DNA of 64,000 bases from Octopus vulgaris (lineage: Eukaryota): assembly GCA_951406725.2 (NCBI GenBank), contig OX597818.1, positions 144,770,001 through 144,834,000 on the forward strand. The letters run 5' to 3'. Under the pieces are notes generated by a model, which was given only the letters and a program-made list of their open reading frames with translations, made no database searches and was not told the origin of the DNA. Position numbers and translations under genes: made by a program. Below are positions 22,112 to 37,100 of the stretch, in pieces (position 1 is the stretch's first letter; each line of letters begins with the position of its first letter).

Positions 22112-25100
22112 CTGAAATAGGAGACACGTATATATATATATAATGGCATATCCTGTGTTCAGGTACATTACAATGCTTTAGCAAAAGAGAGAAAGAAAAC
22201 AGAAAGCAGCAATAAGGCAATGAAAGCCAAAGATGCAAGCAAAGTTCATGGAATGAAACCAACATTTTATTTGTGCTACAATAACTGTTATAATAGGTTA
22301 GAACACACAGTATTCTACATTGACCATCCAATTAATACATCATTTAATATATTTGCAATACAAATGGTTTAAACCTTCAGCATTCACATTGTTTTGCCAA
22401 ATGTAAGGCTTACTTATTCACATTGTTTTGAATCAATCATGCATTATGTTGTAATTTTGGGAGTTTGATGAGGTAACTGTTAATTTCTAGACTGATAATG
22501 TAGGGTTGGTGTGAGAGACCAGATCTGACCAGTTTGAATATAAAACAGGTAGAATATTTGGGCTGGATATGGGGGCCAGTTTAAAAGCTAAAGGGTTGAT
22601 ATAAATATTTTTCCTTTTATTTTATTAAATGATTTTTAACATTATATGAAATATTATATATATTGTATAATTATTTTTTTTAAACTAAAAGGGAAAAAAA
22701 AAGATAAGATCTGAAAATGACCAGATCTGAAATGTATTCGAAATACAGAAAAGGGGCCAGAACTACCACATCTCATACATTTGCTTTTAGAATGTTACAT
22801 TTTTCCTTAAAACAATTTCAGTTGGTATTAATGGCTTCCTTAAAAATAGGAAATATATTTTCCCCTTATGTGCTGTGATTTTGTTGTTCCTGCATTTGGA
22901 GATGTATTTGTGGATATGATGTCATTTTAATAAGTTCTGGGTAGGCTACTTATTAGTACCTACCTGCTAGGTAAGTACTTTTTAGCCAAGATTTTTGTAA
23001 TATTATGATGACAAAATTGATGAAATTATATGACGGAACAACTTTCTGAGAAAATTACTTGATAGGGATACATTCCAAAAAGGAAGCCTTAATGTGGTTG
23101 TTTGACCTTCTAGAAATGGCAGCTGATCTCCTTCAAATTACGCTCTAATAACTGAAAATCAAAGGAACATGCAATACTAGATACTTGAGAGACAAATGGG
23201 ACAATCATGACTAGAACCCCTTTCATCACAGAATTGCCCAATCAGGATGAGGATTAAAGAACAATTCATTAGAGGTAGTCATAGTGATTCACAACCAATA
23301 GCTAACAACTACTACTTGTAATAGAATACAAAAAAATGACACCTTGTCACTCATCCAACTCCCAAAATATAATAAGTAAGAGTGAATGCATTTAATATTT
23401 ACTGAGTCATTTATAACTGTGAAGGTGCATGGCTTAGTGGTTAGGGCATTTGGCTCATGATCATAAGGTTGTGAGTTCAATTCCTGGTAACGCATTGTGT
23501 ACTTGAGCAAGACACTTTATTTCATGTTGCTCCAGTCCATTTAGCTAGCAAAAATGAGTTGCACCTGTATTTCAAAGGACCAGCCTTGTCACATTCTGTG
23601 TCATGCTGAATTTCCCAGAGAACTACGTTATGGTTATGTGTGTCTGTGGAGTGCTCAGCCACTTGCATGTTAATTTCTTGAGCAAGCTGTTCTGTTGATT
23701 GGATCAACTGGAACCCTTGTCATCACAACCGACAGAATGCCGGTCATTTATAATCATAAGATCAATTCCTCTAAAATATTCAAAATTCGAAATAAGGTGA
23801 ATTGAATATACCTGTCGCCTTTTGATGATACCTGCTCATTATTTACAATATAGAAAAGACAAGAGATAATGGAAATGACACTGTCGTATAAAAACTGAAC
23901 CTGCTTACCCCATGGAGAACAAATAATTTCTGGGTGGAGTTCATCTGCTTCAGGTATATCTTCTTGGGGTAAAGACATATGTGAATGGATATCTCCACTG
24001 ACAAAAGGCTGTAGGCTGTTGCCACTGATTCCTAAAGTTACATTTTGACCACCTGAAAGTAAAATGACATGCAAAGTGGATACTGCTGGACAGTGGAAAT
24101 TAAAAGACATAGCCATTAAACTTGTGGTCATTAACGTTGGTAATTATATATTTCACATCTTAAATACAAAATTTGATATAAGGAGCATGCTCCATATTTT
24201 AAGCTCATGATTCCTGCTTTAAGTGTTGTGTTATACAATTACCATGTTTTAAGTCTTGGAGCTACCTACACCATGTTCCCAACTAATGTTAAGCTGGAAA
24301 GCAACAGGAAAGAAGGTACAACTATAATCATCATTACTTCTGGTGAAGATCAGATGCTTTCATATGGTTCTGAGTTCAAATAATGTTAATCTGGGAGTTA
24401 TAAACTCACTTGTTCCTTACAGAGAATATGTTGGTTTAGCAAATGAAAAGTCATGATTTCAACCTAGCTGGTCAGGACCAAGTTTACAGTCTCAGTCAAA
24501 CTTTATATATCAGTAAAATGTATAGAATGAATAATTCAGATTCATAATACTAAACTTATTTAAACAACAAATTTATTCATTTACATGCCTCATGGTTTAA
24601 TGTAATTATCCTATCAGAAAAACAGCCAGATGCAGAGATGTACAATTTTAACTGTGTATGATGCTGAATGACAGCCAACCTGATTGTAATCAAGATCCTG
24701 TGTTTATAAAGACCAGCATGATATCATGATGGATTCACAAACCAAACTATTTTTGATAGGCTAGAAATATATTCTTATATAGAATTAATTCATGTGATTT
24801 AAGGTGTGTTATGTAATAACACACACATAAATGTATACACATATACACGTGTATGTGTGTGTGTATATATATATATAAAAGATAGATGCTGCCTTCTAAA
24901 ACATCAAAGTGCTCAATGCTAACTTGTAGAGTGTCTTAGAGCATACATGTTGTTTTCCTGAAGTTACTTGTTATTTACAAACCATGGTTACCTGTAAGTA
25001 TCTTGGAATTTGGATATAGAAATCTTCAGCAGACTCTTGTAATAGTTGGAGAAGTAAAGCAACAAGTATACCTTTTGCTTTTGCAACTATTACTAAAGTC

Positions 25101-28100
25101 TACTGTAAATCAAAACCATAGCATGGTAGAAAACACAGGTACTAAACATAAATATGTAAGTAAGTAAGTGGTTATATGTTAGTTAAATTTATGTATTAAA
25201 CTTGATTCAACCCAGTTGCTTACCTATCAGTGAATGCCCTCTGTTGGAATTAAGAGTCTGTTGCCAAGGAGGTGTAGAGGACCGACGCATCAACAGTGTA
25301 CTGAATGGTGTCTCAGACTATAATTTTAAAGGAAAACAACAGAATCAGTGATGACACAGTGCTAGTATGGTAGCTGTATCAGTATAACATAGGAAACAAA
25401 ATACATAGTCTTTTTAGGTGACTTAAATTAACATTTTTAATAATATTGGTTTTAAATGAGTAGGAACATATTCCAAAAAGCAAAAATGAAATGCTATAAA
25501 ATACCATTTCCAAGAGTGTAACTGAAATGAATTGGCTTCAGCTTGAAATTAAAGCTAAATCAGTTTTAGAGTTCTAATGAGTTCACAATGAAATATTCAG
25601 AAAAATATATTTAGAGAGACATTTGTATTGCTGAGTGATAGTTTGACTGAGAAAGAGTAAGACATTGGAGTTACTGACTCCTGGGTTATTTTGTTAAGTG
25701 ATAAGACTCTTAATTCTGGTTATTTTAGTTAATTTAGGTCTAAGGCATTTACCTGAGGAAGCTAGGAAGTTACCTTCTTTTTAGAAAATGACAGGTAACA
25801 TTTTATCCAGAAACGTCAGGGATCATTATTTTCCTCTTATTATTGTCTTAAGATACTTAATTTTAAATTAAGATGATTATAAAATATATCTCTGAGAATT
25901 CACCTCTATTCCATGACTTCATATTACAATATAAAAAAATCTCTTATGTTGATATATTATGTATTATATTCTATAGAATAGAGGTGGATTCCTGGCAATA
26001 GTTAAGAGGATATGATTCTTTCATAACAAACCAACAAGAGAGCCTCAGTATAGTTGTTCCAACCATTAGAAATAGCTAAACTCCTATTGAATCACACCTT
26101 ACAGTCTTAAGAAGAGAAGGACACATCTGATTGTAGGTGTGCTTGATCAAGGTTCACTTAAGACTAAACAATATCAATAACAATAGTCAAATTATGATTT
26201 TTTTTAAGGACATGTTTCTAATATGTAAAGGTTTATGGTTGAATGAATATTAATGGTGTCTGCATTTAGCTAAGGTAGTGATAGAAGGGTTGCAAGAATC
26301 ATTCTGCCATTGAGGTCAAATTTATCTGTCATCCTTTCAGTGTTGATAAAATAAAATACCAGCCAAGTTCTGGTTCATTAAATTGACTTTAACCATCCTT
26401 CCTCAAGATTTACGGCCTTGTATCAATGTCAGAAATTTATATTTAACAACCTTAAAGGATTAAATGGCAAATGTTAACCCTAGTATGCTAATTTGAAACA
26501 AAAAAGCTTCAATGAGATAATGTAGGTCTGGTACTTATTTCATTAACCACGAAAGAGTGAAAGGAAAATTCAACCCTAACAGGATTTGAACTCTGAACAT
26601 AAATAAAAATAACTTTATACAACAGTGCAGCACAACAACAGAAATTAAATTGTATGAGTATACGGTAATAGATCTGTTGAGATTAAGTCTAACTGGTTTA
26701 AATAGTACTCTTGTATGACTGAAACTTTTATCGTTTATCTCAGAGGGATGTAAGTCAAAGTCAATCTCCGGTAAAGACTGAAATCTGCATGTAAAATAAT
26801 GTAACTAAATATCAAATGGCATTGCATCAGTTTCACTAATATTTGTGGTTTTTTATTACTTCAATAATAATATGGGTTTCAAATTTTGGTACAAGAGCAG
26901 CAATTTTGAAGGGAGTTGGGTGGTAGTCAAATACATTGAACCCAGGGCATGACTGGTGCTTTATTTTCTTGACCCCAAATGGACGAAAGGCAAAGTTGAC
27001 CCTGTTGGTATTGAAACAAAGTGGACTTCAGTAGGATTTAAACTCAGAATGAGGATTTAAACTCAGAGCCATTAAAAAAATTTAAAAAATCACCACCACA
27101 AGGCATTTTGCCCAGTGTTGTAACAATTCTGCAAATCTGATTAAGCAGAAAGTTAGAAGTTTGGTGGGAGGAATTCAGGTGATTTTATTGACTGGTGTGT
27201 AAGACTGGCATTTTATTTTATTGATTCTGAAAGAATGAAAAACGAAGTGGATGACATTGGAATCCAAAGCAATTTAATTAAATACCACAAAGTATTCAGG
27301 CCATTCCTATTGTTCTTGCAAAACTCAAAGCACTTTTAAATGAAGGATGAAATTCAGACAAAAGGAATTTTATCCAATGCTCTACCAATATTACCATTCC
27401 ACTTCTTTAATAGCGTCAAGTTTAGGCTCAAAGCCAGCCGTTTTGAAGGGAGATGGGTGAGGCATTACAGCAATCTCAGAATTAGATTGACATGTTATTT
27501 TATTGATCCACAAATGGTGAAAGGAAAAGTTGGCCTTACTGGTATGTGAACTCAGAATGCAAAAAGCTAAAAAAAGTACTGTAAGGCATTTTTCTGACCT
27601 TCAAATGACTCTGTTAATTCACCACAATAATAATGATAATAATTATAATAATAAGGCAAAAATCCCTTGGGACTTTGACATCTAGACAAAGTGTTAAGCA
27701 CCTAAAGCCAGATACAGCAGCCTTTAAGAGGGACAAGCAAGAGTGCCTAATAACTGATGTGACAGAGCCAGGAGATTAGCATATTGTTGTGAAAGAAGGA
27801 GAAAAGGCCAATAAATATGGAAACCTAAAAATAGAAATTGCCAAGATGTTGCAGCTGTGAGAGTCAAACATAAAGGTTGTTCCTGTTGTCATCAGAGAAT
27901 TAGATTCAATACTACCCAACCTAAAGAAATACCTGGACACATTAGAAATACCCTTCAATTTTAGTGTATTGCAAAAGTCAGCTTTACTTGGAACTGCACG
28001 TATAGTGTGTAAAGTGCTGTCTGTTTGGGACCCTTATTATGTCTTAGACAACACAAATCCCTGGTAAACACAACATTTTCAATCTACAACATCACAATAT

Positions 28101-31100
28101 TGTATATTGTGTGATGCCTTCAATGATGATGAAGATGATGATAATAATAAAAATAATAATGACAATAATTATGTTTTTACTAAAGGCACAAGGCCAGAAA
28201 TTTTGGGGGAGGTGGATAGTTGTTATCATTGATCCCAGGACTGATACTTATTGTATTGATCCCAAAAGGATGAAAAGCAAAGTCAACCTCAGTGGAATTT
28301 GAACTCAGAATGTAAAGAGCCAGAAAAATGCAGTCAATTGTTTGGCAGAGATTCTGTCAACTCAACATTTTATATAATAGTAGAACTAGTAGTAGTAGTA
28401 GTAGTAGTAATAGTAGTAGTAGTAGTAGTAATGCTAATAATATTGATTTCAAAATCAAGGCCAGCAATTTCAGGGGAAGGGGCCAAGTCAATTACTTTGA
28501 CCTCAGTGCTCAACTGGTATTTATTTTATTGACCCTGAAAGAATAAAAGGCAAAGTTAACCCTTGCAGCATTGGAACCCAGAATATAAAGATGGATGAAA
28601 TGTCTCTAAGTATTTTGCCTGGAATGCTAATGATTCTGCCAGCTCATCACCTTCATCATAATAATAATAATAATAGTAATAAACAACAACAACAATATCA
28701 GCAATTACAATAATAAGCACCTAATACAGCTCAATACTTTTCTCACCAAATGTGCTGGGTTATTACAATGGCATATAAATATTTTATTAATGGTGTAAAA
28801 TCTTTGAAGACTAAATGTTTGGATTCATTGAGGGGAAAACCTTGACACACGAAAAAAAAAAAAAAGAAAAAAGCTCTCTGCAGTTCTTTATCAGAATCTG
28901 AAGAAAACATGTCAAGTGAGAGGTGTCAACTGTGTGAAGCAACTAAGACTAATATTTCTAATTCTAATATTAAGAATTGAAATCTCACAAACCCGAGCCA
29001 TGGCATGTGTTGTGTTTGGCCGTCCCTCAGCAGAGAGGGCTGATTTCTCCCTATGAAGGAAGGATCCACTTCTCGTGTCTTTGTCTCCAACTGCACTGCT
29101 GATACGATTGTTGTTAGAACCCCCCACATACCGCTGAAAATACAATGAGGGACCTTAAAGTTTCACCTTGCATTTTGGCAAAAAAAGGATAAGGGAGAAT
29201 GGTGAGTGAGGGAGATGAGGGAACCATGATAGACTGACATTTAAAAAATGATAAAAGTAAACAAGAAGGCAAGAAAATGATAATCCTGAAATGACCACCA
29301 CAACAAACTGGACTTTGTAGAATTAATGACATCTTATGTAGACAATATATTCAAGAGTTTAAGGAAGGAAATTTGGAAACTGGTGATAATTATACATTCT
29401 TGAAAACATTACATATATCATGTAACAGAGTGCACACACATACTTATACATACACACATCTATATTATAATTCTACTTGTTTGTTCATTCACACGTTATG
29501 CTTTTACAAAGGTAAAAGGGGAGGTAGAGTGAGAGTGACAGAGAGAGGTAGTGTGAGAATGAGAGAGAGAGAGGGAATAAGAGAAATAGCAGATACCCAC
29601 TTCCACTAACAATGTGACAGCATGGTAAGTGGAAGTGAGAGGTAGGAAGAAGAGAGAAATTGCATGGTTAAAAGTTTGAAGTAAGAGGGAAGGAAAGAGT
29701 GATATAGATAGACAGATAGATAGATAGAAAGAGACAGAGAGAGAAAGAGAGAGAGAGATATAGTGTTTAGCAGAAGGAAATTCTAAAACCATATAATATA
29801 TTATTGTGATGGAAGTGAAATAACTTAGCAAAATAGCTGTGGATGTTATTTTTTAAAAATCTGCAATGGAACTGAAACTAATCAAGTGAAATAAAAACAT
29901 TGTGTATATTCTCCATATCATTTCATGTACATTAATTGTATATAATGTAAAGCAGTTTCAATAGAATTAAATACTAACAAACGATATGTGCATTAAGTAT
30001 TGTATAGATTGTTACTGTACATTTTTCTATCATTTATTGCTCAGGCAACAATAAGATTTATTATGCAAATCATCCTTTCTTTCTTAAAAAGTTCTCTTAA
30101 TTGTTTTGATTCCATGGAATTTCCATGGATCCTGCTAGTACAGTATAAGTAAAATAGAATGACATGTAGAAAATAAGATACAAATATATTAAAAACAAAC
30201 CTACATATTTTATGTATATTTTCTCTGGATAAAAGACCATGTTTTTAGTGGAACTGAGTATATAAAATCATATATATACATTTTGCCTTCATCAGCAGGG
30301 AGTAGAGTGACCATTATGAAAGCATTGCTCCAGTGATTTATACACATTATATTTCCATAGTGTGACTAATAAATTATATATATGTATATATGTTTATTAA
30401 ATATGTTGCATATGATTATTTTCATATACACATTTATTATATTAAAACAATGCTGTGTTGGTACTTCTATTATTAAATCCAGACTTTCAACCACATACCA
30501 TTGTAGTCTATCTTTTACTTGTTTCAGTCATTGGACTGCAGCCACACTGGGGTACCAATTTGAAGTGTTTTATTCAAACAGATTGACCCCACTATTTATT
30601 TTTAAGTCTGGTACTTATTCTATTGGTCTCTTTTGATGAACTGCAAAGTTACAGGGACATATATGAACCAGCACAAGCTGTCAAGCAGTGGGAGGAGGGG
30701 CATAAACACAGGCACAAAGACACACACACACACACACACACACACATGCACACTATTTTCATCAACCAACTTCATTCACAAGGCATTGACTGGCCTAGGG
30801 CTATAGCTGAAGACACTTGTCCATGATGCTGTGAGACTGAATCCAAAACTACGTGGCAGCAAAGTGAGCCTTTTAACCACATACTTGCAAAGCAAGCTGC
30901 TTAACAACACAGCCTTGCCTGTGTCTTTGTTTATATTTTGCAGAAGAAGATAGATTTTGTAACTTCACCAACTGAGATGTGAAATAAATCTTAGGTGATT
31001 AGGGAGATGAAATCAATTGGACACTTCATTCTTAGCTGCATAAGATAATATTTAATAGCCACAGATAATATTTTCACAGAGAGACTATATTACTTTGAGA

Positions 31101-31372
31101 ACATATTTATTCTTAACAATGCAGTGTTGGTACTTTTTGTGGCTTAGTGGCTAGGGAATTCGGATCACAATTGTAAGGTTATGAGTTTGATACCTGCCAA
31201 TGCTTTGTGTCCTTGAGCAAGACATTTCATTTCCTGCTGTTCCAGTTTATTCAGCTGGCAAAAATGAATTGTACCTGTAATTAAAAGGGCCAGCCTTGTC
31301 ACACTCTGTGTCACACTGAGAACTATGTTAGGTGTATGCATGTCTGTGAAGTGCTCATCCACTTGAGATCTG

Positions 31373-31411
<39 letters not shown>

Positions 31412-34038
31412 CAATTTCTCAGTTCTATCTATCCCTCATTCACAGAGAAGTTTAAGAAAATTAAGGGTACTGCTCTAACTCTAACTTCTTATTCCTTTAA
31501 TCTAGATGTATTAGAGTCAATTTTATTAGGAAGAGTGTTATAATAAATTGGTTTAACACTTGTATATCTAATTCTAATATATTCTATTGGCAGTAGAGAG
31601 ATCAAAGGCAAAGTTGATCCAGTTCTGTTATGATATGAACAGAGAACCGAGGGGGACAAAACTAAATACTTTACCATCACTCTACTAGCTTAGGTACAAT
31701 TACTGCTTTCATCAGATTTATCAATAATGGTTTCTGATTTAGACAAGAGCAGCAGTTTTGAGGGGCAGGATTTACATGATACCAGCAACCTTAGTACTTG
31801 ACAAATACTGTATTTTTTCAATCCCAGAAAGGATCGACCTCAGCCTGATTTGAACTCAGAATGTAGTAAGTCAGAAGAAATACTGCAAAATATTTTTCTG
31901 ATACTCTAATGGTTATGCTAATCCATTGCTCATATTATAGTCACTGATAAAAACTAAAATAAAGAATAGTCAAATATGCACTAAGAATTACAGGGAATAA
32001 TTCATTCACTCTTTCTATATAAAAATTGGAATTGAAATTAATAAAAAAAAAAAAGAAGAGTAGTCAATTAGTAATAATTATTTCATCTGTAAAGGGGTGT
32101 TAAAGTCAATTGAATAGCAGCAAACAATGTTTGCTCATCTTGAAAATCATGTGATTTGCCTGCTCTTTAGTCAGCTTATTTTGTTATAATGTCAGCTAGA
32201 GACATTCTAACATAGTGCCAAGATCTGTTCTTGTGAAATACACAATAGCTTATAGTTAAAAATAAATCAGGTGCTGGCATGACACAGATATGGAATGACA
32301 TCAGGAATGGAACTTTCTTTGTTGCTGAACAGATTGTTACAACTCTCGTAAAGGTCAGATGCATAAACTTATTTTTTCTTTCATTGAATATACATATAAT
32401 TCTTTTTAATGAGAATAATTTTTCACTGAAGTAACATGGCTTGTAACTCATCTTTACAAAAAGAGAAAAATATAACAAATACTTGCTTATTCTAGTATTT
32501 TCTATTATATTTCTTGACATGAATTGACAGAGATTATGAAAATCTGTGTTGGTTCTTTATCATTTCTTGCATTACATTTGAGCATGCCTTACTCTCTTAA
32601 AAGAAAATGTGACACTCATTCTTTTTCATTTCCAAAAGCACTGATTTTGTAAAGCCATAAAATATGTCCAATCTTCTGGTGAACTAAATTTGAATAAATT
32701 TAGTCCTGGCCATAATTTCTAATTGCTAAATTAAATAGTTAACCTGTTGGAAGATTTATCCTTTTCTTCTTATTCCTTTTTCCTGTTATAAACCTCCTGT
32801 TTGATGCAGTTGTTTAGGTTCAACTAGACTCTTAGATTTTATATATTATTATGCTCACACGGTCAGTCTATTTTTTCTCTCTTGTTATCTGGAGACCTTC
32901 AAATCCTTAGCCACCCTAAATTTTTTTATCACTAAATCAGGCATCATATAAAATAGCCAATATAATTTTTAGCATTTAATTTAACTTTATTTCCTGGTTA
33001 GATAAAAAGCTATATTTCTTTTTTAGAATCACCTCAAGTTATATTTGAAGCAGGCAAGAAAGTTTAAACCAGATACTCAAAGCAATTAACCCAGCACTTA
33101 AACTTTTGCAAACTCATGGCTATAATAATTAATAACTGTTAATATACAATACCTGAGGACGGCCTACAGGTGTCTCAAGGGAAACTGTCGAGCAAATAGG
33201 TGGAAGACATCCGTTACGAAACCCTAAAAGACTTGGAGGAGAAGATAGACTCTCACTACCTGCTGGCATCAGTTTTGTCACTTTCAAAACCTCTTCATCC
33301 TGCAAAAAAAAAAAGAAAAGAAAAAAGAAAACAAAGAAGTCAGCTGCTAGAGCAATGACATGATATGAATATTTTCAAAGCTTTGAAGAATTTCTTAACA
33401 CCATATCCATCAGACAACATTTCATGACATCAGCTCAATTACATTACATTTTATTTTACAGATATAATTGAAAGATGATGACTGAAGTGATTAAGTTAGT
33501 GGCTAGCTTTTCCCCTGCTCGTGATTTTAAAAACATGCTGCTGTCAGAGTAAAACTTAAAGCAAACATACACACATGGATGTACCATGTGGCTAATGTAA
33601 GATGTATGGATATTGGAAATATTTCTAGGAGTGACTAACAGAAAAAAAGATGGATATGTTTTGTTTAATTTGTACACTTACATGTGCATTTTCACACACA
33701 CACATAGAAGATTGATTAGGAAGTTTACTTCATAATCATGAGATCTTGGGTTCAATCACACAGTATGGTATCTTGTATGAGTCACTTAATCATAACCTCA
33801 GTCAGACCCTGAATTTGAGCAGACAGAATGTGTGTAGAAGCTCATCAGATGGATTGTATTCATAATTCAAAGGCCCAGCCTTGTCACAATGTGTCATACA
33901 GATTCTATTTGAGAATTACATTAAGGTTACATGTGACTGTAGAATACTCAGCCACTTTGCATGTTCATTCAATGAGTAAACCATTCAATTCATTGACCAA
34001 CAGTTTACTCATACATGGAAACTAATGGTAGAGTACAT

Positions 34039-34105
<67 letters not shown>

Positions 34106-37100
34106 TTATATACACACATACATATATGATGGCCATCCACTCGTGACTGAGAAAGACCATTGCTGATCTTCAGGAACATTGTGTACTCTAGGACTAACTT
34201 ATATTTTGCATTTGTGGCTCTGTTGGTGGCTGATTTTGTATATCACTGTTAGTGATAGGAAATAAGCTAGCTGTGAGAGCAAGTACTAAAGTATATAAAA
34301 TATACTAACCATGCAAGGTGTTCTTGATCTTTCCTGAACATTGTGGAGAGGGGCTAGGCGCAAAGGTTTTATCAACCGGTTGTATTTTACACTGCCTGGA
34401 CGTGACATTTTAAAGTTTTGTGAAGGGAAGTTGCTGCCCACAGAGTTTGGTGTTGGTAAACTCATGTCAGAACCATCACTGTAATATAACAAAATTCTAC
34501 CAAGTGAAAAGCAAGAAATAATTTACAGCAAATGGTAAAGTTACAATAAAAGACATAGTTTTATAATGTCTATATGTGTGTACCTCATCTCTCTAGAATA
34601 ATTTGGTAAAAATAACCACACACACACTCATCATTATCATCATCATTTTAACATCTATTTTGTCATGCTTGTATGGGTCAGATGAATCATTTTTGAAGCA
34701 ATTTTTTTTCTGTGTCCAGAGCCTTTTCTTGTTGCTAATCCTCACCTGTTTCCAAGCAAGGTAACATTTATCCTGGTCTCCTAAACAATGAACAGACAAG
34801 ATATGTCTTTGCAGAGAATTGCAAATAAAAGACAGTGTGTGAATGGTGGCTCTTTGTTTGCAGTCAGAGTGCACATGTCAAGACAAGAGGAATATACACT
34901 CATGCACGCATGTATACACACACACACACGATGGGCATTAGTCAAGCTGCAACTATAGTAGAAGGCTCCAGCTGATATTGTTCGGACAGTAGAAGCAAAT
35001 TCTAAACCATGTGGTTCTGAAATGAAATTCTTAACCAGCCATGCTTGTGTATGTATGTACATACGTACATATACATATGTACATACATACATACATACAT
35101 ACATACATACATACACACACACATACATACAGACGTTTATATACATATATGGATGCACAGATGTATATTAATACTGCATATACATGCTCCACTTGAAATA
35201 AAATCCAGTTTTGGGATTGGGTTCTCCAGTTATGAAAGAATGCAATGTTGGATGTTATCCTTCCTCATGGTTGACAGCTGAGCAGTGTGTGTATGTGTGT
35301 GCATGCATGCATACATAAATAGTAATAGCTTAGTATGATTAAGGGTCAATGACTGGAACGAGTAAAAGAATATATATAAGCAAATACACAGACGCAAACA
35401 CAGAGGAGAACTTGTACTTACTGTAATATGGCACCTGGTCTCTCAACTATGTCCTTCTGTTTCACAGTAAGAATACCATCAAGAGACTGTGGTTTCCAGC
35501 TGGCAGAACTAGTAATAAACGATGGTGTCCTGGTTGGCAGACTCACCTACAGAGAATTATCAGAGTAACAATCATGACTGAAAAATATTCCAAGATGTTG
35601 GGAAGGACTTGAAATTCAGTCCTAATTGTTTTGAAAGATAAACCTAAAGATGAAGTAAAAAATTACTAACATTTTTCTTCATTTTTAAGTATGTTCTGCT
35701 TTGTAGAATCTTAATTAGCTATTAAATAACACATTTAGTATTATGTAGAAGGTGTCAAATTGGCTGAGTCATAACAGCATTGGATAGATTGTATTGCAGT
35801 ATTGTTTCAACTGTCTCTGCTCTGAGTTCAAATTCCTTTAAGATCAACTGTACTTTTTATCTTTCTAGGGTCAATAAAATAGAATGAATCCAGTGTGGTG
35901 GATTCATACTGTTAGAGGGGCCAGGTAAACTGCCTTGCAGTATCTGTCACAGCTCCTTGGTGTTCTGAGAAAAATCATCTGTGATGACGTTGATGTCAAG
36001 TCATATCAACCCTGAAGCAGAAGCCTTTCTCTTGGACAACATAAATAGCATAAAGAGGGGAGACTTGCATGTACAAACAATTGCTAATCTTCCAACAAAA
36101 AGAAAAAAAAAACAATGGTCTGTGCCTACAGGTGCAGATATAGTCAACCCTAACCAATGAAGCCTTTTATATTATGTAGTACTAACATAGTACTGTTAGC
36201 TCTACGTTAGTACTGTTAGTAGTATTATGTAACTATTACATAGTACTTTAGCAGCAGTGAGTGGGAAAAAGGTCAATTCGTTGACAACAGAATTTTAAAT
36301 TAAATTAGATATCTATGTATTTTCATAGAGTAATTTTATAGAGTTGAGTTCATTAATAGAATTTATAGTCGAAATAATTTTATGTAAGCGGACTACATCC
36401 TATTAATTGGAGCCTCTCATGATTGCTTGACTTGCTAGAAATAACAGCTGCAGCTCCTTCATAGGAGAATATGTAGCATATAACTCTGAATAGTAAATGG
36501 GTGCAAGCATATTGACAGAGTAAGTCAAAAAATTTTAATCCATTAAAATTACACTCTTAGTGATGAGAACAAATCATCATTTAAATAACAAACTCTGGCA
36601 AGAAATGGAAGGGAGACAAGTTCCAAAATTTTAATTCCTTAAACATCTTTGCATCCTTACTGATGAGAACAATCACTTTCCTAGTCAACTAATTCTAGTC
36701 AAGATAGGGGAGACAATCGCAAAATTTCAAAGAATGTAGTGGAGAAAGAGTCTGATACTTAATATGAGAAACGTGACAATTTTGGACATGTTTCAGTATT
36801 ATTGTACCTCATCAGTGAAGCATAATCTACCTGTAACTGGAAAGTCTAGGCTTTAAAATAAAAAAGATGGGTATGGCTGAAATGCCCTTTATCATAGATT
36901 AGTTTAATCAGAACAAACAAAAGTAGTTAGCAAATTGGTTTACAGGTGGGAAATTGGTAAAGTCATTACTGTGAAGGACAAAAGGCTTTTTGGTATTTGT
37001 TCTGGTTCCCAGCATTTTGAGTTCAGAACAGACAGAGGTCAATTTTATCTTTGATTCTTTTAGGATCAATAAAATAAAGTACCAGCCCATCATAGTGAAT

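Noticed and set aside
30234-30296. Minus-strand CTGATGA...AAACATGGTC hammerhead-like trace
   Set aside because: No stem I or stem II pairing and no G in GAAA; too decayed to call.
35547-35643. Upstream acceptors for FAM149 exon 10
   Set aside because: Both alternative acceptors lead to in-frame stops before the conserved part.
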